From Octopus sinensis (Eukaryota): a DNA stretch of 64,000 bases. Below are positions 36,391 through 49,430 of the stretch, one piece after another. The notes below the pieces were generated by a model. The model was not told where the DNA came from. It saw only the letters and a program-made list of their open reading frames with translations, and made no database searches. How positions within the stretch are numbered: position 1 is the first letter of the stretch; each line of letters begins with the position of its first letter. The position numbers were made by a program, and so were the translations under genes. Location: NCBI RefSeq assembly GCF_006345805.1, contig NC_043021.1, positions 8,494,001 to 8,558,000 of the forward strand, given 5' to 3'.

Positions 36391-38055
36391 TAGCAGACAC
36401 CATGTTGTTTTGTCTCACACAACACTATTTGTACATAATTATACACGTATCCATTGAGATTAATATTTGCATAATTATTAAGGCAAAATATAGTTTTGTA
36501 TTATAACCATCCACAAAAATGAAAGTATGTATGTAGAAGTGGAGGGTTTTTCGGTTATAAATTTAATTTTGTTTGTTTCATTTCTTTGTATTATTAACGA
36601 GTGTAATTTAATTTATTTTAATTTAAGTTTTGAAAAAAAAAAGAAAAAAACGGTTTGGCAACTGTTAAAAACGTGTTGGCAACACTTAAGAACATGTTGG
36701 CAATATTTTTATTAGATAAGGATAAATATGATTGTTGATTTATTTTTCCTTTTCAGAATTGATAATGAAGAAAGGAAATTTTTAAAACTTATTTTATTAT
36801 TTTAAAAGGATTTTGATGGATAAATATTTGTTTCTTTACTTAAAATAAGGAATAAGTGGAAATTTTACCTATTTCTTTACTATCCACAAGGGGCTAAACA
36901 CAGAGAGGACAAACAAGGACAGACAAACGGATTAAATCGATTACATCGACTCCAGTGCGTAACTGGTACTTAATTTATCGACCCCGAAAGGATGAAAGGC
37001 AAAGTCGACCTCGGCGGAATTTGAACTCAGAACGTAACGACAGACGAAATACGGCTACGCAGGTCGCCCAGCGTGCTAACGTTTCTGCCAGCTCGCCGCC
37101 TTTGATGGATAAATATTTCAGGTACACTGGCGTTGCTGAGTGGTAAGAACTTTGCTTCCTAACTGCGTGATTCGATTCTAATAAATCAGTGGTTATCGAC
37201 CATCTTTTTGCCCATGGACCCTTTTGATTGTTGGTTTCTCTATTGGACCCTAATTAGCGTTTAATATTTCAAGAAGTCTTATATTTTTATACTTAAATAT
37301 TATTAGGAATTGTATAAAACAAGTAAAAATATTTTGTGTAGTTTAGAAGCGAAACCAGTTTATTGCACATAAAGTTAAAGAAGCCCGTCGTATATACATG
37401 TGTATATGTATATATTTATGATTGTGTGTGTGTGTCTGAGATTGTCCCCCGGCCATCGTTTGACAACCGATGCTGGTGTGTTTATGTTCGGCTAAAGACA
37501 CGAATAGAATAAGTACTAGAATCACAAAGAATAAGTCCTGGGGTCGATTTCTTCGACTAAAAATCCACTTTAAGGCGGTGCTCCGGCATGGCCGCAGTCA
37601 AATGACTGAAACAAGTTAAAGAAGAAACAGCGGAATTTGAATTCAGATCGTAAAGAACCGGAAGAAATATCGCTAAGGATTCCCCGACCCCTCCCGACTC
37701 GCTAAATTATTCTACCAGTTCACCGCTTTTTCTGGTCTCTTAAAAAAAGTCAATATAATACCGGGACCCCTCTCCCTAACCTTGCTCCACAGCACTATAA
37801 CTGTACCTGAATCCCTTCCAATTAATAACTCTCCAACATTTAATTTTTATTTCCCTTCCTTATTTTCTGATGTCTCGAATCTTTTTCATTTTGGTTGTTG
37901 TTTTCATTTAATTTCCCCAAAAAATTACACCAAATTCCTGGCGGCATTGTCTTCTTTCTTCTAATTATTCCGTAACATTTTGTTACACATTTCTGTTATT
38001 ATCTTTCGTTTTCACCCTTTTTTTCCTTTTTGTCTCTTTCTTTCTTTCTTTCTTG

Positions 38056-38095
<40 letters not shown>

Positions 38096-38104
38096 TTTCT
38101 TTCT

Positions 38105-38178
<74 letters not shown>

Positions 38179-38599
38179 CGGGATTCCCCTCCCATAATTC
38201 AATCAATCATTTATCCTTATCTTTCTTTCCTACTTTATATACTTGATTCATCCATTTAAAATTCATTCAATACCAACTTTCGTTTGTTTCTTATTCACAT
38301 AAATTTTCCTTCTTCGTTCTTTTATCTTTGAATTGTTCAATTTATTATTCATATTAAAAAAAAGGAGTTAGAGAGAACGCCAGATGAACTGACTGGCGGC
38401 ATTTAGGTACGGCTTTTTTGTGTTATGAGTACAAATTCTGCCGCGGTCAACTTTGCCTTTTATCCTTTCGGAATCGACAAAATAAGTACCAGTTGAGCAC
38501 TGGGTCAATGTAATCGACTTTACCCACCTCCCCTGAAATTACTGGTATGCGCCTATAGGCCAGAAGGAATGGAAAGGTGAGGGGTGTCTGTCTGAGGTG

Positions 38600-38774
38600 C
38601 CCTTGGCGTTCGGAAAGTCCGGGTTGTGAGAGGTTCCTTGGTTGCTCCTGAGTGTTATTGTTGTTGTTGTTTTTGGCACTTTATGCGCACTCTATGTAAA
38701 TTCCCACTCCTTTATGTCGTATCGTCCTTTGTTTTTGCGTACAGCCCTTGTGGCTAATAAATAAAGAATTATCA
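38600..38774 (+). mobile_element. 3' end of a probable L1/Tx1-like LINE; near-identical inverted copy at 42823-42997
   Basis: 5 mismatches in ~174 bp between the copies. The tail agcccttgtggctaataaa resembles the SINE-B tail agccccttgtgggcaataaag. Confidence 0.55.
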
Positions 38775-38851
38775 GTATGAGGGCTGTTGGGCGAGAGATG
38801 ATAAAAATAGGTGAAAAAAAGAAGAGGTGAGAGTAGAAGGGATATCGATAT

Positions 38852-38887
<36 letters not shown>

Positions 38888-39088
38888 TAGCACGCCACGG
38901 TATTAGCACGGTATTTCGTCTGCCGTTACGTTCTGAGTTCAAATTCCGCCGGAGTCGACTTTGACTTTCATCCTTTCGAGGTCGATAAATTAAGTGCCAG
39001 TGAAACACTGGGGTCGATGTAAACAGCTAGTTCCCTACCCCCACTCCAAGATTTCAGGCTTTGTACCTGTAGTAGAAAGGATTATTAC

Positions 39089-39148
<60 letters not shown>

Positions 39149-40524
39149 GTCGGCGAGCTGGCAGAAACGTTAGCTCGTCGGGCGAAATGCATAGCCGTAT
39201 TCCGCCGAGGTCGACTTTGCCTTTCATCCTTTCGGGGTCGATTAAATAAGTACCAGTTACACACTGGAGTCGATGTAATCGACTTAATCAGTTTGTCCTC
39301 TCTTTGTTTAGCCCCTTGTGGGTAGTAAAGAAATAGAAATAGGTATTTCGTCTGTCTTTAGGTTCTTAGTTCAAATTCCGCCGAGGTCGACTTTGCCCTT
39401 CATCCTTTCGGGGTTGATTAAATAAGTACCAGTTACGCACTAGGGGTCGATATAATCGACTTAATCCGTTTGTCTGTCCTTGTTTACCCTCTCTGTGTTT
39501 AGCCCCTTGTGGGTAGTAAAGAAATAGAAATAGGTATTTCGTCTGCCGCTACGTTCTGAGTTCAAATTCCGCCGGAAAGTGAGGGTACAAAGGGAAGTGC
39601 TGCCCCACCATCAATACTTTTGTAGAAAGGTGAGTGAATGTAGCAAGGACGGCCCATGTGACTAGGCCTACTTTCTAAGTTCAAATTCCGCCGAGGTCGA
39701 CTTTGCCTTTCATCCTTTCGGGGTCGATTAAATAAGTACCAGTTACGCACTGGGAGTCGATATAATCGCTTTAATCCGTTTGTCTGTCCTTGTTCGTCCC
39801 CTCTGTGTTTAGCCCCTTGTGGGCAATAAAGAAATAAGAAGAGCTTAAATTGAAATCGATCAATATGTGAAACATACTGGATATCAGATCGAAGATACGA
39901 AGACATCTGACATGGAAGAGTTGCATTGGTCCGGGTCAGTCACCTAACCGATCTGATAGAACAAATCTACCACACGCCGTCCTATTATGTGTTTTCCCGG
40001 CATTAAAATAACTGTGGTCTGGGAAAGTTAGTCATGGTTTCTTTGTTAGCGTTATTCTCCTTTTTGCACACACTTTTCATGTAGTTAGTTACTCTTTTAC
40101 TCTTTTACTTGTTTCAGTCAATTGACTGCGGCCATGCTGGAGCAACGCCTTTTCAGTCGAGCAAATCGACCCCGGGACTTATACTTTGTAAGCCCAGTAC
40201 TTATTCTATCGGTCTCTTTTGCCGAACCGCTAAGTAACGGGGACATAAACACACCAAGCAATGGTTGTCAAGCAATGCTAGGGGGACAAACACAGACACA
40301 CAAACGCACACACACATACACACACACACACACATATATATATACATATATACGACAGGCTTCTTTCAGTTTCCGTCTACCAAATCCACTCACAAGGCAT
40401 TGGTCGGCCCGAGGCTATAGCAGAAGACACTTGCCCAAGATGCCACGCAGTGGGACTGAACCCGGAACCATGTGGTTGGTTAGCAAGCTATTTACCACAC
40501 AGCCACTCCGTTAGTTAATTTTTT

Positions 40525-40745
40525 GGCTCAAAAAGCAAAAAGCAAGGCCATGTAGGGGGACATGGAGTTATGTACGGGGAGTTCAGACCATTTCTGGTCA
40601 AGAGAGACTTTGAACCGAGCGGTCGTCGGCATCTTCACTATCTCGCCCGGCAGCTTATTCCACGGATTCGCAACCCGGACGGAGAAAGCCCCTCTCCTTC
40701 GATTGAGATGAAATCGTCGCAGATAGAGATAATCCCACATAGGAT
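40525..40745 (-). mobile_element. CR1-clade LINE 3' fragment
   Basis: RRGAFSVRVANPWNKLPGEIVKMPTTARFKVSLDQKW. Confidence 0.75.
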
Positions 40746-41153
40746 CCCACCCCTCTCTTCCTTTCTTTCTTCTTCTTTCTTTCTTTCTTTTCCTCTCATT
40801 CTCTCTCACTCATTCTTTTACTTCGAGGTATCTCTGCAAATTCCAATCCTCCGTGCATTTTATGGCGAGTCGATACAAAACAGTAACCCGAATTTCCCGC
40901 CAAGGAGACATTGATAGGGATCTGGTTTTCTGGCCATCACTACTCAACCCCTTCGACAGAAACTCTGACACCTTTTCCAAAACTCGGTCGTATTCCACAA
41001 CTGTGAAATCACACACACACACACACACTCTCTCTCTCTCACACACACACATGCACACTCTCTCTGTCGCACACATACGCGCTTTCTCTCTCACACACAC
41101 ACATGCACACACACTCTATCTCTCACACACTATCTCTCACACACACATACATA

Positions 41154-41221
<68 letters not shown>

Positions 41222-41489
41222 AACGCATGCACATTCTCATAGTCTCACCCATACACACACTTGTACTCCTACGAATTTGCCGTTTAGTTATAAACAACTT
41301 TCACTTTCTATTTCCACAAACACACACATACACGCATACACGTACAAACGCACCCACAAACACACGCACGCGCATACACACTCTCACATGCGAAAACACA
41401 CATCTTCTGTCACACGCGAAACAAAACACACATTCAAATTGAAACGATCTTTATAAGGAAAATCCTGGAATAAATTGGAAATTTCTCAA

Positions 41490-41550
41490 TTTCCCGACTA
41501 CAAAACGCGCGAAACGTCGTGGGAGAGGAAGAGATAGCGCGCATGCGCGA
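41490..41550. promoter_or_regulatory. CpG-dense patch with NRF1-like and E2F-like motifs (candidate promoter)
   Basis: GCGCATGCGC at 41539-41548 and TTTCGCGC on the minus strand at ~41507-41514, in non-repetitive sequence. Confidence 0.3.
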
Positions 41551-41714
41551 TTGTGTCTAGAATATATTGGAAGAAGGTTCGAGAAACGAGAGTAGTAAAC
41601 GAAAGTTGGAGAATTAAAGGAAAGCCTTTCTAAGGGATTCGAAGCATCAATAGACATTGGAATTAATTGGAAGAAAAGCTCAGGAGATAAGGAAACCGAG
41701 GAGAATGATAATGT

Positions 41715-42790
41715 GGGTGTGGGGTGGGGTGGGGGGAGATGAGTGGTGGGGGGGAGTGTGTGTGTGGGTGCATGAGTGTGTGTGTATGTGTGCGTGTGTG
41801 TGAGTGGATGCGTGAGTGTGCGTGTGTGAGGTTAGTGAGTGTGGTTGTGTGTGTGTGGGGGGGAAGTGGGAGAGATGAGTGGTGGGATGAGTGTGTGTGT
41901 TGGGGGGTGCGGAGTGAGTGTGTGTGTGTGGGGGTGCGTGAGTGAGTGAGTGTGTGTGCGTGTGTGTGAGTGGATGCGCGAGTGTGTGGATGCGTGAATG
42001 TGCGTGTATGAGGTTGGTGAGTGTGGTGGTGTGTGTGGGGAGTGAGTGTGGGAGATGAGTGGTGGGGTGAGTGTATGTGTGTGTGTGTGAAACTGTGTAT
42101 GTGTTTGTGTGAAGCTGTGTGTGTGTGGGTGCGTGACTGTGTGTGTGTGTGAATGCGTGAGTATGCGTGTGTGAGGTTAGTGAGTGTGTTGGTGTGTGTG
42201 TATGTGTGTGTATGTGTGTGGGGGGGTGTGGGAGATGAGTGGTGGGGTGAGTGTATGTGTGTGTGGGTGCGTGAGTGAGTGTATGTGTGTGTGCGTGTGT
42301 GTGGATGCGTGAGTGTTCGTGTGTGAGGTTAGTGTGGTGTTTGGTGTGTGTGTATGTGTGTGGGTGAGTGTGGGAGATGAATGGTGGGGGTGAGTGTATG
42401 TGTGGGGTGCGTGAGTGTGTGCGCGTGTGTGTGGATGCGTGAGTCTGCGTGTGTGAGGTTAGTGAGTGTGTTGGTGTGTGTGTATGTGTGTGGGTGAGTG
42501 TGGGAGATGAGTGGTGGGGTGAGTATTTGTGTGTGTGGGAAACTCTGTGTGTGGGTGCGTGAGTGAGTGTGTGCGTGTGTGTGTGTGGATGCGTGAGGTT
42601 AGTGAGTGTGTTGGTGTGTGTGTGTGGGGGTGAGTGTGGGAGATGAGTGGTGGGAGTGAGTGTATGTGTGTGTGAAACTGTGTGTGTGGGTGCGTGAGTG
42701 AGTGTGTGTGAGTGTGTGTGTAGATGCGTGAGTGTCAGAGAGTGAAGTTAGTGAGTGTGTTGGTGTGTGTGTGTGGGAGGGTAGTGAGAG
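41715..42790. repeat. GT-rich compound minisatellite with ~120-180-bp higher-order repeats
   Basis: Recurring gtgaggttagtgagtgtg...gtgggagatgagtggtgggg...ggatgcgtga blocks. Confidence 0.85.
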
Positions 42791-43398
42791 AGAGAAAGAG
42801 AAAGAGAGAGTGTGGAAAATAATGATAATTCTTTATTTATTAGCCACAAGGGCTGTACGCAAAATCAAAGGACGATACGCCATAAAGGAGTGGGAATTTA
42901 CATATAGTGCGCGTAAAGTGCCAAAAACAACAACAACAATAACACTCAGGAGCAGCCAAGGAACCTCTCACAACCCGGACTTTCCGAACGCCAAGGGTCG
43001 ATTAAATAAGTACCAGTTACGTTACTGGGGTCGATGTAATCGACTTAATCCCTTTGTCTGTCCTTGTTTGTCCCCTCTGTGTTTAGCCCCTTGTGGGTAG
43101 TAAAGAAACATATAGTTTCGTCCTGGGATGAGATCCAGGCAAGGTTAACTTTAATTTTTAATCCTTCGGAATGAAGGAATAAGGAGCAGATGTCGTTGCT
43201 TAATCCCTAAATCGACTTTAATCCGGTCGTCCTATGATCAAAGGCATTCCAGCTGTGACTATCGCTATTTATTTGCATGTATGCGTGTGCATGTGTGTGC
43301 GTATGTTTGAATACGCACATAGACACACGCGCACGCACACACTTCTTCATGTAAAATAGTAATGAATCAATTGTAGCATTATGCAATAAAACGTAATA

Positions 43399-44922
43399 AG
43401 GCGACGAGCTGGCAGAAACGTTAGCACGCCGGGCGAAATGCGTAGCCGTATTTCGTCTGCCGCTACGTTCTGAGTTCAAATTCCTCTGAGGTTGACTTTG
43501 CCTTTCATCCTTTCGGGGTCGATAAATCAAATACCAGTTACGCACTGGGATCGATATAATCAACTCAATCCGTTTGTCTGTCCTTGTTTGTCCCCTCTGT
43601 GTTTAGCCCCTTGTGGGTAATAAAGAAATAGGTATTTCGTCTGCCACTACGTTCTAAGTTCAAATTCCTCTGAGGTCGACTTTGCCTTTCATCCTTTCGG
43701 GGTCGATTAAATAAGCACCAGTTACGCACTGGGATCGATATAATCAACTCAATCCGTTTGTCTGTCCTTGTTTGTCCCCTCTGTGTTTAGCCCCTTGTGG
43801 GTAATAAAGAAATAGGTATTTCGTCTGCCACTACGTTCTAAGTTCAAATTCCTCTGAGGTCGACTTTGCCTTTCATCCTTTCGGGGTCGATTAAATAAGC
43901 ACCAGTTACACACTGGGGTCGATATAATCAACTCAATCCGTTTGTCTGTCCTTGTTTGTCCCCTCTGTGTTTAGCCCCTTGTGGGTAATAAAGAAATAGG
44001 TATTTCGTCTGCCACTACGTTCTAAGTTCAAATTCCTCTGAGGTCGACTTTGCCTTTCATCCTTTCGGGGTCGATTAAATAAGCACCAGTTACACACTGG
44101 GGTCGATATAATCAACTCAATCCGTTTGTCTGTCCTTGTTTGTCCCCTCTGTGTTTAGCCCCTTGTGGGTAATAAAGAAATAGGTATTTCGTCTGCCACT
44201 ACGTTCTAAGTTCAAATTCCTCTGAGGTCGACTTTGCCTTTCATCCTTTCGGGGTCGATTAAATAAGCACCAGTTACGCATGGGGTCGATATAATCAACT
44301 CAATCCGTTTGTGTCTGTCCTTTTTGTCCCCTCTGTGTTTAGCCCCTTGTGGGTAATAAAGAAATAGGTATTTCGTCTGCCACTACGTTCTAAGTTCAAA
44401 TTCCTCTGAGGTCGACTTTGCCTTTCATCCTTTCGGGGTCGATTAAATAAGCACCAGTTACGCACTGGGATCGATATAATCAACTCAATCCGTTTGTCTG
44501 TCCTTGTTTGTCCCCTCTGTGTTTAGCAGCCCTTGTGGGTAATAAAGAAATAGGTATTTCGTCTGCCACTACGTGCTAATTCAAATTCCTCTGAGGTCGA
44601 CTTTGCCTTTCATCCTTTCGGGGTCGATTAAATAAGCACCAGTTACACACTGGGGTCGATATAATCAACTCAATCCGTTTGTCTGTCCTTGTTTGTCCCC
44701 TCTGGTGTTTAGCCCCTTGTGGGTAATAAAGAAATAGGTTTTCGTTCTTCTGCACTACGTTCTAAGTTCAAATTCCTCTGAGGTCGACTTTGCCTTTCAT
44801 CCTTTCGGGGTCGATTAAATAAGCACCAGTTACACACTGGGGTCGATATAATCAACTCAATCCGTTTGTCTGTCCTTGTTTGTCCCTTCTGTGTTTAGCC
44901 CCTTGTGGGTAGTAATGAAATA
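43399..44922 (+). repeat. SINE-B concatemer: 1 full unit plus 7 head-truncated 184-bp units
   Basis: Junctions aaagaaatag|gtatttcgtctg at 43631, 43815, 43999, 44183, 44367, 44553 and 44737. Confidence 0.95.
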
Positions 44923-46045
44923 CATATATATATACATACATACAACGAGCTTCTTTCAGTTTTCGTCAACCACATCCACTCACAAGGTTTCTGTCGCCCC
45001 GGAAACGTACACACACACACACATATGTATTAATAGTTACACAGACAAACGTATATTCACATACACACGCATACACACGCGATGTGTGTGTGTGTGTGTG
45101 CGTGCGCGCGCGTGCAAGAAGAAGGAAAGAAGGTGCGTTTGTGTGTGCGTGGGTGGATGCACATTTCTACACGTATAGACGCTATAGTTGACTGGTGCAC
45201 GTGCACCAATCCGTGCAGGTGCATTGCATGTTCACGCCCTTCCCGCCCAAACCGAAGCAACTACAACCCAAGGAAGAGGTACTCAACCTGGTAAAAATAG
45301 AAGCTAAATCTCTTTCAATTCACTGACAGTCAAGTTTGGAAAAAAAAAAAACAACACAAAACAAAAATGGAAGGTAGGACTCATTGTCTGTTGTAGTCCT
45401 AAATAGACAATGCCTGATTAAACAAGTACTACAACTATCTGAGCCGAAATTAGATGTCTGTAATACCCATACTCATGGTGAATTTTTCATCTTCCATCAC
45501 CCAAAATTGGAAAATCTCATCAATTTGTCCGAAAAAACTCCCATTTTTTAATGTTTTTTCACAGTATATTGACTTTCATTCCTATTTTTTGCAATTAATT
45601 TAATATTCATTAAGTTAAAGAAAATAGTTGTATTTACTGTATATTTCTACTATTCCTTGTGAAATTTGAGTCTGCTATCTTCAATAATAAATTATATTAT
45701 AAGCAATTTTCTACCCCGTCCTCAATAAGGCCAACATGGAGGATTTCGATAAAAATCTCGGTAATAGACAAATATTCCCAATGGTTACCTGTGTATCACA
45801 TATTTCCACTTTTTATAGCCTCGAGACTCATCTTTACCTATAAAAAAGCTGTTGTCCTAATTACCTGACAGGTTGTGCGAATGACAACAAGTGAAAATGT
45901 TATCCCCATAGACCCAGGAACAATGTGGTACCATCAAACTTAAGTTGCTGGGGGAGGGTTGCAACCAAATCAATAAATAGGGCCCTTTTTGGATTTGGCC
46001 CACCGACTATAAAATACACATTTTATAATATAGTTATATATGCAT

Positions 46046-46099
<54 letters not shown>

Positions 46100-47389
46100 A
46101 TGTGCGTGCGTGTGGGTGTAAAAATTCAATTCGTAGTTTGTTTTAAAAAGCCTGTCTTCGGGTATTACCGCTAGGCATTTCGCCCGGCGTGCTAATGATT
46201 CTTTCCTACTCTAGAAACAAGGCCCGAAATTTGGAGGGAGGCAAGCCAGTCGATTGTATCGACTCCAGTACGCAATTTATCGACCCCTAAAGGATGAATG
46301 GCAAAGTCGACCTTGACGGAATTTGAACTCAGAACGTAAAGACAGACAAAATACTTATTTCTTTATTGCCCACAAGGGGATAAACATAGAGAGGAAAAAC
46401 CCCGAACGTAACGGCAGACGAAATACGGCTATGCATTTCGCCCGGCGTGCTAACGTTTCTGCCAGCTCGCCGCCTTCATATGTATATATATGTGCGTGTG
46501 TGTGTGTGTGTGTGTCTGAGGATGTCCCCTACTACCGTTTGACAACCGGTGTTGCTGTGTTTACGTTCCCGTAACTTAGCGGTTCGGCAAAAGAGACCGA
46601 TAGAATAAGTACCAGGCTTAAAAAAAAAAAAATAAGTACTGTGGTCGTTTCATTCCATTAAAAATTCTTCAAAGCCGTTGCCCCAGCGTGGCCGCTGTCT
46701 AATGACTGCAGCAAGAAAAGAGAATAAGAGAATAAGAGAATACGTTTGCGAACATGTGTGTATGCGTATGTGGGTGTACCTGTATGTATATGTGGAAGCG
46801 CAATGGCCCAGTGGTTTGGGCAGCGGACTCGCGGCCATAGGATCGCGGTTTCGATTCCCAGACCGTGCGTTGTGAGTGTTTATTGAGCGAAAACACCTAA
46901 AAGCTCCACGAGGCTCCGGCAGGGGATGGTGGGGATCCCTGCTGTACTCTTTCACCACAACTTTCTCTCACTCTTTCTTCCTGTTTCTGTTGTACCTTGT
47001 ATTTCAAAGGGCCGGCCTTGTCACTCTCTGTGTCACGCTGAATATCCCCGAGAACTACGTTAAGTGTACACGTGTCTGTGGAGTGCTCAGCCACTTACAC
47101 GTTAATTTCACGAGCAGGCTGTTCCGTTGATTCGGATCAACTGGAACCCTCGTCGTCGTAACCGACGGAGTGCTTCTATCCACCTGTATGTATATACGAA
47201 TATACTCTTTACTCTTTTACTTGTTTCAGTCATTTGACTGCGGCCATGCTGGAGCACCGCCTTTAGCCGAGCATATCGACCCTGGGACTTATTCTTTTGT
47301 AAGCCCAGTACTTATTCTATCGGTCTCTTTTTGCCGAACCGCTATGTGACGGGGACGTAAACACACCAGCATCGGTTTTATTTTTTTAT

Positions 47390-48115
47390 TATCTCTGCCT
47401 ATCTCACTCCGCCTAGCTCACTCTATCTCCGCCTATCTCACAGTCTCCCAGGTGTTTTAACACCCGGCATTATTGGGAAATCTCCCAAAATTCTATTCCG
47501 CCTATCTCCACCAATCTCCGCCAGTCCCCGCCAATCTCCGCCAATCTCACTCTATCTCCATCTATTTCACTCTCTCCCAGGTGTTTTAACACCCAGCATT
47601 ATTGGGAAATCTCCCAAAATGCTATTCCACCTAACTCCACCTATCACCGCGTATCTCCCCGTATCCCCGCCAATCTCTGCCTATCACCGCAAATTTCCGC
47701 CAATCTCCGCCCATCTACGCCAATCTCCCTCTCTCCCTCTCTCCCGGGTATTTTAACACCCAGCATTATTGGGAAATCTCCCAAAATGCTATTCCGGCAA
47801 TCTCCGCCAATCTCCATCAATCTCCGCCAATCTCCACCTATTTCCGCTTATCTCACTCTCTCTCCGCCTATCTCACTCTATCTCCGCCTCTCTCACTCTT
47901 TCTCCGCCTCTCTCACTCTTTCTCGCCTCTCTCACTCTATCTCCGTCTATCTCACTCTATCTCACTCTCTCCCAGGTCTTTTACCACCCAGTATTATTGG
48001 GAAATCTCCCAAAATGCTATTCTGCCAATCTACGGCTATCTCCGCCAATCTTCGGCTATTTCCTGCTATCTCCGGCAATCTCCGGCAATCTCCGGCTATC
48101 TCCAGCAATCTGCTT
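47390..48115. repeat. Array of 4 conserved ~56-bp hairpin cores separated by variable decamer-built spacers
   Basis: Cores ctcccaggtgttttaacacccagcattattgggaaatctcccaaaatgctattcc at 47445, 47574, 47741 and 47969; spacers built from tctccgccaa/tctcactcta-type decamers. Confidence 0.85.
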
Positions 48116-48582
48116 TTTCTGACAAATTGACATTTCCCCATCATATAAGACTTATATCTGATGTCTTCGTGAACATCATTTCTGACTGTTCTTCTGACAT
48201 ATGGAGATCTTTTGCAATTGACCTCATGGACTTTCTGAGATTGCAATCAATGGTCAGTTGAACTTGTTGGATAAATTCAAGTGTTCTGAGGATTTCAGAG
48301 CGTTTAGAATGCTTTTTATACTTTGATACTAGTGATACTTTTCCATTTTCAGTCTCCAACTCCTTACAAACTTTGTGGACGAAAGAACTGTCAACTTTTA
48401 AAAATCGAGATATTTCTAAATCGCTATACTCAATCTTTATAACCACAATAACAGCATGCCTCTTCAGTTTTTGAGTAAGCTGAGGGTCTGATGTTATTAT
48501 TTTCTGAAAGATTATACAGAGTTACCAAAAAATTAAGTAATGAACCCCAAAATGTAAGTCCTCAAATACCTTACGCATCCTG
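48115..48582 (-). mobile_element. Tc1/mariner superfamily (DD37D/maT-like) transposon 5' fragment
   Basis: TA-CAGGATGCG terminus at 48582. HTH region YSDLEISRFLKVDSSFVHKV...RSEILRTLEFIQQVQ...KSMRSIAKDL, and a frameshifted VHEDIRYKSYMMGKCQF. Confidence 0.75.
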
Positions 48583-48856
48583 TATATATATATATGGGAG
48601 ACCCCCTTCGGTCATGAATGACCATGGGATTGCACCCAGAAAGTTCCCCTTCTAGGCACAAGTCTATATATATATATACATACATACATACATACATACA
48701 TACATACGTGTGGTAAGTAGCTTGCTAACCAACCACATGGTTCCGGGTTCAGTCCCACTGCGTGGCATCTTGGGTAAGTGTCTTCTGCTATAGCCCCGGG
48801 ACGACCAATGCCTTGTGAGTGGATTTGGTAGACGGAAACTGAAAGAACCTGTCGTA

Positions 48857-48937
<81 letters not shown>

Positions 48938-49329
48938 TGTGTGTGTGTGTGGTGTGTGTGTGTGTGTGTGTGTTTGTTCCCCTAGCATTGCTTGACAACC
49001 GATGCTGGTGTGTTTACATCCCCGTGACTTAGCGGTTCGGCAAAAAGAGACCGATAGAATAAGTACTGGGCTTACAAAAAGAATAAGTCCCCGGGGTCGA
49101 GTTGCTCGACTAAAGGCGGTGCTCCAGCATGGCCGCAGTCAAATGACTGAAACAAGTAAAAGAGTATATATATGTATACACGCTTTTATATTTTTAGTCG
49201 GCAAAAGTTACAAAAATAGAAATGAAAAAAAAAAAGAAATAAAAAGAATAAAAACTAAAATATATTTTAAAGTATATATTCCTGTTTTATCAAGTTCCCT
49301 TTCTCCTGTTATCATATATAACGACTAAA

Positions 49330-49430
49330 CTCGCGCCAATCCAACGCCGCCACACCAAGAAGATTGCCCCAGACAGAATACTGGGAGAGGTTAAAAGAGC
49401 TGGGGCTGTGCTCCCTGGGGAGAAGCGGCA
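49330..49430 (+). mobile_element. Short CR1/L2 RT remnant
   Basis: IQRRHTKKI... followed, after a frameshift, by EYWERLKELGLCSL. Confidence 0.55.

Noticed and set aside
43631-43814. Ribozyme within the 184-bp SINE-B unit (retrozyme hypothesis)
   Set aside because: No CUGANGA-type core found on either strand by eye.
47390-48115. CRISPR array
   Set aside because: Eukaryotic context, no cas genes, and spacers made of internal decamer repeats; kept only as an unusual tandem array.
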